DNA from: a virus
Taxonomy: Duplodnaviria; Caudoviricetes
Strand: one strand, 5' to 3'
DNA: 64,000 bases
Virus record (IMG/VR): IMGVR_UViG_3300028591_000011
Location: 41,736 to 105,735 of that record
The position numbers and the translations under genes are program-made. The notes under the pieces are model-generated. The model ran no database searches, was not told the origin of the DNA, and was given only the letters and a program-made list of their open reading frames with translations. Positions 54,220 to 61,942 of this stretch are shown one piece after another (positions within the stretch are counted from its first letter, which is position 1; each line of letters begins with the position of its first letter).

Positions 54220-55261
54220 ATGTTTGTTGTTTGAATTGATTTCTGACAAAATGCTGGTCTACGGGTCAACCAGCTGGCTCAACGGAACATGAGCTTTCAT
54301 AGACTTACACTATGGCCGAATGCAGTATCTATGCTTATACCTTCTTGCGGGAGGCTTGTATTCTATAGTTGTATCGCTCAACTACAATTTCTATCTTTAT
54401 AGAGTGAATATGCCTATTCTCACGAACAAGCATATTTTCGAAATAACTGAAAATAAAAATCATAAAAATAATGATCCAACATTTACATGTATATTTATTT
54501 TCACAGACTAATATACATGCCCACAACGCTTTGTGGTAATCATAAATTAACCTAAAACAAATTGTTGAATATCGGGGGAATTGTAAATTCAGGAAAAATG
54601 GGAGAGATTTAAAATGACCTATAACGGATGGTCTTGCGATTGTGCATAACACATTTGGTACTCTCCCTATGCACAATATATCTTAATGTTTAAAGTGATT
54701 TCAAACAAAAAGCGGGAGAGTTGCTGAGTACAGACCAACATCGCTCTCCCTTCCACATTGCAACTCCTTCGTGCTAGGATGTGTGGCGCATCACAGTGTC
54801 TCCCTTATCACCCGAGACCAGGCTAGCACACACAGGCATCACACATCTACACTGGTCTTTCAGTGTTGACCAAGATATGTTTAGCCCATAACACAGTCGC
54901 ATTCCTTTTGATAAGGAGACTGTGTTAGTGTGTGCAATTTGTGTTTAAACTCCAGGGTGTACAACGGTCAAATCATACACCCTATCAACGTTACGCATGT
55001 AATTTTTGATAAAAAGTGTTTGATGCCAATTCAGTACGGACAATTGGCTGCCCATTTGAATTAGATGTACATAAATAACTATTAGATAGTAGTATCTCGG
55101 CGTATCGCAATATGCGTCGGATTCTCAAAGAGCTGTACAACTTTTTGATTCACACTGCACTCTTATATTGTTCATTGCGACCATAGCGGCAAGACTTGTT
55201 ATCTCAATAGATTCTTTTGGAGTTCAACATTGTGCGCCTCTTAAGGACGGTACACTTATCC

Positions 55262-55316
55262 TACTGTTTCGGCTCATGCCTTCATCAGGCCACGGACTTT
55301 TACCGTGACGACAGTA
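55262..55316 (-). ncRNA. Hammerhead ribozyme, type III
   Basis: TACTGTC^GTCACGG-TAAAAGT-CCGTGGC-CTGATGA-A-GGC-ATGA-GCC-GAAACAGTA: full catalytic core, three stems, GUC cleavage site at 55310. Confidence 0.85.
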
Positions 55317-55351
55317 TGAGCAGTTTAACGTCATGCTCAGGACGCGAGAGA

Positions 55352-55663
55352 TTAACCGAATGTAGTATCCTCATTGAGGACATGTTTCGGATGTTCAACA
55401 GGTTTGTTCAAATCGTTCAAGAAATCGTCAAATGCACTTGTTTGAGTGTTTTTGTATTCCTTGGTGAACACGCTCAGGATTGCGTGCATTAACACCAAGT
55501 CATCATCATTGATGTACTTTTTCTCTTTGCTTTCAGGCTTGTGAGAATCAAGCACATCTTTAATGCGGTTGTTCAACTCATGCATTTGTCTCATCTCCTT
55601 GTTGTTGATGTCGCGGACATCTGTTGTGCATATGCACATCTCGCGATTGGACTTGATAACCAT
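55352..55663 (-). CDS. Hypothetical protein
   Basis: 103-aa ORF. Confidence 0.7.
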   Translation of the reverse strand: MVIKSNREMCICTTDVRDINNKEMRQMHELNNRIKDVLDSHKPESKEKKYINDDDLVLMHAILSVFTKEYKNTQTSAFDDFLNDLNKPVEHPKHVLNEDTTFG

Positions 55664-55782
55664 ATATATTTGTTTGAGAATAAATCCTCTGTTTTATGCA
55701 AAATGTCTAGGTGTGAGAGCATATGTATCAAAAGCAAAAACACAGCCCTCCGCCTACGCAAAGGGCTATGTATTAAGTACGG

Positions 55783-56316
55783 CTACTTTTTGGAGTTGGT
55801 TTCAATTTTGATTAAGGTACCGTTTTCGAGATGTTTCTCCAAAGCACGTTTTGCAGCCGCTTTAGTGGTTTCGTACGGCTCAGATACGTCCACGGCAAAG
55901 TGGTACGCCGCTTTCGTGTTGCCAGTCGCTGCTACCTCGTACTCGGTTTCACCATCCTCGTCAATTTCGGCTATCGGAACGTCAACACCCTTCAAAGTGT
56001 CATCTTCCAAACCGCCAAAGGTAGACATAAAATCGTTTAACGCTTTGTCAGCGTCGAAGATTGTTTCTTTGGTACGTCTATCGGTTTGCCAAAAATCGGC
56101 TGGGTCATATCCTTCCCAATCTTCACCAGTTGGTTTGGTTGGTGGGTAAATAGACTCCAAATCTACCGATAACACATAGTCGGTTTGGTTTCCCAACCTA
56201 CCGCGTGACAAACGACTTGAACCACCGTTGCGGTACGCGCAAACAACTATGTACCGAACACGGTCATTTACTTCCTCACCGAAAGAAACGCTTTTTTGAA
56301 CACTTGCTAAATACAT
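55783..56316 (-). CDS. Acidic hypothetical (early) protein
   Basis: First ORF of the non-recoded minus-strand block; start taken at ATG 56316. Confidence 0.7.
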   Translation of the reverse strand: MYLASVQKSVSFGEEVNDRVRYIVVCAYRNGGSSRLSRGRLGNQTDYVLSVDLESIYPPTKPTGEDWEGYDPADFWQTDRRTKETIFDADKALNDFMSTFGGLEDDTLKGVDVPIAEIDEDGETEYEVAATGNTKAAYHFAVDVSEPYETTKAAAKRALEKHLENGTLIKIETNSKK

Positions 56317-56483
56317 ACACAATTACATTTTACATTTTACATTCCACAAAAAGTTAACGTTGCTGTGGCTTACAACGGGTTACTTTTACCCATAGGGGTA
56401 CTTTCTCCAATATACGGCACCGGGGTCATGATCTGTTGCTGTTTCTCGTTTCTGCACTCACACAAAAAAATTTAAAAAATTTC

Positions 56484-56518
56484 AAAAAAATAAGAGGAGC
56501 CTTATTCAGACCCCTCTT
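56484..56518 (-). terminator. Intrinsic terminator ending the recoded lysis operon
   Basis: AAGAGGGGTC..GGCTCCTCTT followed by a T-tract. Confidence 0.7.
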
Positions 56519-56694
56519 TTACTCCCAGTTAGCCAAGCGGCTATACTATTATGTTCTAACAATTCACTACAAACTTCTTCTGCCTATTCTAACGTAATAC
56601 CTAGATCATCTATAGGTTTAGATATTACTGGCCTAAGTCCTTCTTCGTTCTTATCTGCTTTTAAAAAACAGAAATGTATCATGCAATCACTCAT
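56506..56694 (-). CDS. Small hypothetical protein (62 aa, one TAG=Gln)
   Basis: ATG 56694 overlaps the upstream gene; open to TGA 56508-56506 through one TAG. Confidence 0.5.
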
Positions 56695-56893
56695 TATTTC
56701 CTCCTCTCCACCATTGTAATACTGCACAACAATCTACAACGTTATCGTTTTCGTCTGTAGCTTCTATAAAATCAACTGAACGTATGAATTTTATAATACC
56801 ATCATTAAATGTGCCTATCTTTATATCTCCGTGCGCATCTTTAATAGTATTCAGTTCTTTTATTATTTCGCTTATCCTTAAAGGTTCATTCAT
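56687..56893 (-). CDS. Hypothetical protein
   Basis: 68 aa; ISEIIKEL..IK..HGDI pattern common in small phage proteins. Confidence 0.65.
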   Translation of the reverse strand: MNEPLRISEIIKELNTIKDAHGDIKIGTFNDGIIKFIRSVDFIEATDENDNVVDCCAVLQWWRGGNNE

Positions 56894-56914
56894 ATGTCTT
56901 ATAAATCTTTATAA

Positions 56915-57109
56915 TCAATCGGCTCTATTAAAGAAGGATACCAATGAGTTCCTTTGTTTCTCATCTTTGATTGGTTCTAATATAAAACTCCAATCTGTTG
57001 ACAACTGGTGTCTTCGTATAATCTCTTGTTTATCATCTTCAGACAAGTTAAATTCATCATTATCTGCACTTATAATACAGACATACATGTAGTTTTTTAG
57101 TTCATCCAT
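56915..57109 (-). CDS. Hypothetical protein
   Basis: 64-aa ORF overlapping the amidase end. Confidence 0.55.
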   Translation of the reverse strand: MDELKNYMYVCIISADNDEFNLSEDDKQEIIRRHQLSTDWSFILEPIKDEKQRNSLVSFFNRAD

Positions 57110-57609
57110 ACTGGTTTAAATGATTCGTTATACTCTTTTTCTTTAGGTTTATATACGTATTTTTCAGGTTGTGCTGGAGGGCCAGGTTGTAGATTAGCAT
57201 ATTCCTGTTTAGCGTTAAAACAAGGACATGATTTTTTCCAATTTTTAGGGTCAGAACCCCATATATCTCTATGTCCCATTATAGTAGCTTTAGGATAGCG
57301 TACTTTAAGCTATAAAAGGAGGAGTTTTAGAGCTGTTTTTTGGGCTTCTGTACGGTTATCTACAGGGTTTCCTTTGTCATCTACACCTCCGACATATGCG
57401 ATATTTATAGATATTCTATTATATCCTTGTACACCGTTACTAATCTTATCCTCGTCTAATAATTTCTCTACTTTTCCATCAGGAAATACTACATAATGGT
57501 ATCCTGGAGCACTCCAACCTCTATCTTTGAATACCTGAAGAAGGCTTTCTAATGTCTATTTCTGACTTCCTGCTGTACAATGTATGAATATCCTTTGTAT
57601 ATCTCGCAT
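57097..57609 (-). CDS. N-acetylmuramoyl-L-alanine amidase endolysin (170 aa, two TAG=Gln)
   Basis: IFIHCTA, GWSAPGYHY, SINIAYVGG, RTEAQK, GHRD, KSCPCF (T7-lysozyme/Amidase_2 motifs); TAG at codons 18 and 100. Confidence 0.9.
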
Positions 57610-57983
57610 TATTTTACCTCCTCATACTCTACATATTCATCATTTTTGTATTCGTCCTTCAATTTCTCTATTTCAGCGTTCATTTTGTCGATATGCTCCT
57701 GTTCAAACGCTGTAGCTTTCTCTTTACCTTCGTTTATAGTGTCTTGGAGTAAAGATAAACGTTTAACTAAGTCCTCTTTAGACATGTTGTTATACATATT
57801 ATAGAGCCATTTGTTGACATTATTCAAGTATACTTTGTATACTTTATTGTCAGGGTTTTCTTTAACCTTTTCAGTCCACCTATCTACAAGAGATTCTACT
57901 TCTTCTATGGTAAATTTATGATTATCTCCAGCAGCTCGTATTAAAGTGCCGTCAATATCGTAGATGTTAGTATCGTTTTTCAT
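57609..57983 (-). CDS. Hypothetical protein
   Basis: 124-aa ORF, TAATG-coupled to the amidase. Confidence 0.7.
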   Translation of the reverse strand: MKNDTNIYDIDGTLIRAAGDNHKFTIEEVESLVDRWTEKVKENPDNKVYKVYLNNVNKWLYNMYNNMSKEDLVKRLSLLQDTINEGKEKATAFEQEHIDKMNAEIEKLKDEYKNDEYVEYEEVK

Positions 57984-58049
57984 TAGTCTATTAATTTTAA
58001 TAGTTTTTTCTGTGCTTTTTCAAGTTTTTCAAGTGCTGCTAGGTATCTG

Positions 58050-58520
58050 TCATTTTGCAGAAGCTTCTTCAGCGTGTTTGAAGAATCTTGTACATTCTAA
58101 TTCTCGGGGGTTTCCATCTTCATCTATGATTTTACGTGTATATTTTTGCTATGCTTTCCATTGATTATACTCCTTGAAAGCTTGTTTTCTCTCTTGATTA
58201 GTAGCAAACATATGAATATTCTACAACATTCTCTTAGCATCTACCATTCCACATGATCTTATAAAGCAGATATCGTTTATAAAACTCATTACACCATCTT
58301 CATAGAACTAATCTTTTATGATTTCATACTCTCTATATGCCTACAAATAATATTTGTTATTTACGTCATAAATAGGCTCTAAATTAAGGATAAAAGCACT
58401 GTTTATAGGACACCCATGTATAAAAAAATACTTGCAATTATCAGTTACAGGCTAAGATATAGCCTTCAAACTAAGGTAATCAGCGTAATATAGTATAGCA
58501 TTCAATTCTACAGTGTTCAT
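58050..58520 (-). CDS. Hypothetical protein (156 aa, TAG=Gln)
   Basis: MNTVELNAILYYADYLSLKAISQPV..., open to TGA only with TAG read-through. Confidence 0.65.
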
Positions 58521-58930
58521 CTATTAAATAGTGTTTTAGCCGTGCATTTACAGATATATCCCATAAAATAACAAGTAGGCTCAGGGTTGTCAAAAGTAAC
58601 CTTTGCATTAATAGATTCGTATATATCTATTAGAGCATGCATAGCTTCATGTGCTATACTATCTATTAGATCTAAGAACTTATCTATACCCTTCTCTCTT
58701 AGAGAGTGATTATCTTTGATTAGTATACAAAATCTGTCAGTCTTCTTATTCTTTACTGTACTACAAGTAGAACACCCATCTAGTATATTACTATCTAGTT
58801 CTACTCCATCTGAATAATGATAGTCCTACTATAATTGCTCTAATGTAGTATATCTATTAGCTACTATTATATCTACGTTATACATAGTTGTATATATATC
58901 TACTCTACTCTTATTTTTATTAGTCTTCAT
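58517..58930 (-). CDS. Small zincin-like metallopeptidase (137 aa, tandem TAG-TAG=Gln-Gln)
   Basis: IAHEAMHAL followed by EPTCYFMG; ATGA-coupled to the next gene. Confidence 0.7.
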
Positions 58931-58973
58931 ATAGTTATATTATATTCTATTTCTTTGCTACTTTCTTTGTGCT

Positions 58974-59001
58974 TAACGAATAAAAATATGCAAAAGTTGC
59001 A
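58974..59001 (-). promoter_or_regulatory. ECF-type promoter TGCAAC-N17-CGTTA (leftward, lysis block)
   Basis: Matches the generic ECF -35 AAC / -10 CGT pattern and mirrors the rightward copy. Confidence 0.6.
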
Positions 59002-59025
59002 AAAAATATTAAAAAATTATACTGA

Positions 59026-59054
59026 TGCAACCAAATTGCACCAATCTTCCGTTA
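59026..59054 (+). promoter_or_regulatory. ECF-type promoter TGCAAC-N18-CGTTA (rightward)
   Basis: Same two boxes, 33 nt before ATG 59088. Confidence 0.6.
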
Positions 59055-59087
59055 CAGTGTCGAATTTTATAAAAAACTATAAAACTT

Positions 59088-59501
59088 ATGAGTAAAACAT
59101 TACGTGTAATTGATCCGTTTTTTGAGATGGAAATCGGTGATACGTTTACACTTACTGAAGACGGTAAACTTTACTCTTCTGAACACAACGAGGAGTTTCG
59201 TAAGGCAGGTGACAACGATGAAGTGAATGCTATTTATAATTCCGTATTCAATATCTCTGTAGAATATGCAAAAGAGCTTATTAAAGAGGGATACCTTGAA
59301 GAGGTTACAGAAAATAAAAAGCAGAACACATTCGTAAACGTGTTTGACGAAATTGATAACTTGATTAAGAAATACCAGCTGGAGCTTAATAACATTGATA
59401 CTACAATGAAAGATGCTCCTCAGTGTATGAAAGTTGAGAAGACAACAGTTCTTACTAATATTCTCAGTGTACTCAATCATCTTAAAACCCTTAGAAAATA
59501 A
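59088..59501 (+). CDS. Hypothetical protein
   Basis: 137-aa ORF, first of the rightward operon. Confidence 0.75.
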   Translation: MSKTLRVIDPFFEMEIGDTFTLTEDGKLYSSEHNEEFRKAGDNDEVNAIYNSVFNISVEYAKELIKEGYLEEVTENKKQNTFVNVFDEIDNLIKKYQLELNNIDTTMKDAPQCMKVEKTTVLTNILSVLNHLKTLRK

Positions 59502-59914
59502 TGGGAGAAGAGCAGTTAATTGATCAATCGGTGTTAGCAGAAGATGTTTCTAAGAATATCAAATACAATTTCTTAGACTACTTTCTTATAAAGCCCCTGG
59601 ATCCGATCAAAGTGAAGAAAGAATTTAGCACACCTGTTTCAACTGGTACACCCGCAAAAGATGCAGAAGGTATCGAAGCACAGGATTTCGATACTGTTGA
59701 AACAGAGGTAAAAGAAGTAGATTCTGATTATCGCAGAGGTATTGTTTTGAAACGTCCTTTGTATTATGAAAACACCACAGAAAATAGACCTGGTGTAGCA
59801 GATATAAAGATTGGAGATATAATTATCTTTAGAGATGCGGCTGGGCTTAGATTTGATTTACTTAAAGATAGTAGATTGCTTAGACAATTTGACATCTTAG
59901 GTATTGAACGATGA
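59501..59914 (+). CDS. GroES/Cpn10-like co-chaperonin
   Basis: FLIKP...RGIVL...IKIGDIIIF...LLRQFDILG pattern with a long mobile loop. Confidence 0.6.
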   Translation: MGEEQLIDQSVLAEDVSKNIKYNFLDYFLIKPLDPIKVKKEFSTPVSTGTPAKDAEGIEAQDFDTVETEVKEVDSDYRRGIVLKRPLYYENTTENRPGVADIKIGDIIIFRDAAGLRFDLLKDSRLLRQFDILGIER

Positions 59915-60120
59915 TAACTCTTGAAGATGTTATAAAAGAAGTTTCCAAAAGCTTAGATTTGGATAGAGACACGGTGTCCGCAATCTGTAAACATCCTTTC
60001 CAAGAACTTGTTACTATCATGAAATCCGAAGAAGACAAAGACATCTTGTTTAATCAACTATTCAAATTTAAGCTAAAGAAACGATACAAAGAAAATAAAC
60101 AAAGACAATACAGCAAATGA
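59911..60120 (+). CDS. HU/IHF-like DNA-binding protein
   Basis: LEDVIKEVSKSLDLDRDTVSAI...ILFNQLFKFKLK. Confidence 0.6.
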   Translation: MITLEDVIKEVSKSLDLDRDTVSAICKHPFQELVTIMKSEEDKDILFNQLFKFKLKKRYKENKQRQYSK

Positions 60121-60500
60121 AGACGTTATATTTAACAGATAGTTCCAGTAATATTGTAGTGGATACTGAAACAAACGAAGCATCGGTATTTAATACTGAT
60201 GTAGATCGTTACCAGATACGAAGCATATACTATATAGATGAGCCTATGCATGTTGTGTATCAAAGTGGAGAAAATAAGGAAGAGCTGAATGCAAAGAAGG
60301 GTGATATCCTTATTCAATTCTACAATAACAGATATAATAAGTATGTTCTCGATACGATTCGTACGAAGCAGTGGGCTGCAAACATTAAGAATAGACGCAC
60401 GCTGGAACAGAAAGAGAAGGAAGAGTGGGCTAAGAAGCAAGATCTTGGTTTAACTCCTCAGTGCGAAGCCTGTGAAAATTGTGAATCTTGTGGTAAATGA
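60117..60500 (+). CDS. Hypothetical protein with Cys-rich tail
   Basis: 127 aa ending CEACENCESCGK. Confidence 0.7.
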   Translation: MKTLYLTDSSSNIVVDTETNEASVFNTDVDRYQIRSIYYIDEPMHVVYQSGENKEELNAKKGDILIQFYNNRYNKYVLDTIRTKQWAANIKNRRTLEQKEKEEWAKKQDLGLTPQCEACENCESCGK

Positions 60501-60509
60501 AAGAAAGAT

Positions 60510-60857
60510 ATGAGAAAGAATAGTAAAAAGACTGCAAAGAGTACAGAGTTGTACGTAAACATGATGGATCCCGATGGTATTCTCGATACTAAGTACAACT
60601 TGATACTTGCGAAGGTTCGTGCTAATGTACCTATTATTACAAGTGAGATAGACGATCTTGTTAGGTATGGTGCAGAAATGGTACTTGATCTTATTGATGA
60701 TGCATATGATGCAATCTCTGCCAACGTTACATTTGTTAAGGATGGCAAGCTTGCTGAAAAGCTGATCAAGGTTATTAAGGAGGATTTGAAGAAAGAAACT
60801 CCTTGGTACAAGAAGGTCTGGAATTGGATCACGAAACCTTTTAGGAAGAATAAGTAA
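60510..60857 (+). CDS. Hypothetical protein with amphipathic PWYKKVWNWITKPF tail
   Basis: 115-aa ORF. Confidence 0.7.
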   Translation: MRKNSKKTAKSTELYVNMMDPDGILDTKYNLILAKVRANVPIITSEIDDLVRYGAEMVLDLIDDAYDAISANVTFVKDGKLAEKLIKVIKEDLKKETPWYKKVWNWITKPFRKNK

Positions 60858-61076
60858 TAACAGCCGATACGTGGGAGGCTGAGAGTCCTGTGCACAAGGA
60901 CCCCACGTGACCATAATAAAGTAAAATGTTAATTGGTCTCTCTACTGTTGGCACATTGCTCGGATCGTTCCCGAGGTAGAGAACACTCAAAAATTTTAAC
61001 ATCTTTTTCATAATTGTAAAGATTTGGTGGTTTTGGAATAGCTTTGGCTAAGGGGTTCGATTCCCCTACCAACCAC

Positions 61077-61151
61077 TGCTCCATGGTGTAGCGGTAGCAC
61101 GGGAGGCTCTAACCCTCCAGGTCCGGGTTCGACTCGATGGTGGGGCGACCA
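61077..61151 (+). tRNA. Amber suppressor tRNA (anticodon CTA), Gln-type body
   Basis: TGCTCCA-TGGTGTAGCGGTAGCAC-G-GGAGG-CTCTAAC-CCTCC...TGGGGCG-A-CCA; anticodon at 61109-61111; irregular T-stem. Confidence 0.88.
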
Positions 61152-61153
61152 AT

Positions 61154-61240
61154 AACGAAAGTAGCTCAAAGTGGTAGAGCGGCGACACTTATAGACAGTC
61201 AATCGTATGCTGCGGGTTCAAGTCCCGTCTTTCGTTACCA
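61154..61240 (+). tRNA. Atypical tRNA with 8-bp acceptor and expanded anticodon loop (identity undetermined)
   Basis: AACGAAAG/CTTTCGTT-A-CCA, normal D and T arms, anticodon region GCGA-CACTTATAGACAGTCAA-TCGT. Confidence 0.65.
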
Positions 61241-61264
61241 ATACTAATAAAAATATATAAGCAG

Positions 61265-61816
61265 ATGACTATTAAATTTAAAAGACTTTCAGAAAACGCA
61301 GTCGCACCTGTTAAAGCACATGCTACAGATGCTGGATTTGATTTGACTAGTACTCGTGTAACAACAGAAGTAAATGAACGAGGACAGATCTTGTTGGTAT
61401 ACCATACTGATATAGCTGTAGAAATACCAGAAGGGTACTTCGGAGCACTGGTCTCAAGATCATCTATTGCAAACAAAACTCTTACATTGACCAACTGTAT
61501 CGGTACAATTGACGCCGGTTATCGCGGAGAGATTATTGCAAAGATGCGAACCACAACGGATGTAGTTCCTGCTGTATATAAAGAAGGTGAGCGATTTGCT
61601 CAACTGTTGATATTGCCTGTACCTGAGGTACAGTTTGAAGAGTCAGATACGCTTTCTGAGTCAGATAGAAATGAAGGCGGATTTGGTTCTACAGGAAACG
61701 AACAGAGCGCGCCAACAGGACCTCAGAGTCCTTCGAAGGATGAAGACGAGTCTATTAACTCTGAGGCTGCAACAGACGGTAGCGGCGGGGAACAAAACAT
61801 CCCTGAGCAAGCATAA
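61265..61816 (+). CDS. dut: dUTPase (trimeric)
   Basis: DAGFDL, SRSS, GTIDAGYRGEI, ERFAQL, RNEGGFGSTG. Confidence 0.95.
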   Translation: MTIKFKRLSENAVAPVKAHATDAGFDLTSTRVTTEVNERGQILLVYHTDIAVEIPEGYFGALVSRSSIANKTLTLTNCIGTIDAGYRGEIIAKMRTTTDVVPAVYKEGERFAQLLILPVPEVQFEESDTLSESDRNEGGFGSTGNEQSAPTGPQSPSKDEDESINSEAATDGSGGEQNIPEQA

Positions 61817-61876
61817 TAGTAACGTTGTAAAAGCTTGAGCAACCTGCGTACATAGGATGGCAACGGTTGTACGGAA

Positions 61877-61900
61877 AGGGGGTCCGATAAGGATCCCCTT
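61877..61900 (+). terminator. Terminator-like hairpin after dut
   Basis: AAGGGGGTCC-GATAA-GGATCCCCTT stem-loop with a weak U-tract. Confidence 0.4.
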
Positions 61901-61942
61901 AAGCCGTATATATAAATTTACGTAAATTTAATATGTACATCT

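Noticed and set aside
54335-54676. 113-aa TTG-started ORF
   Set aside because: Weak start and atypical composition; smaller real ORFs may exist but cannot be supported.
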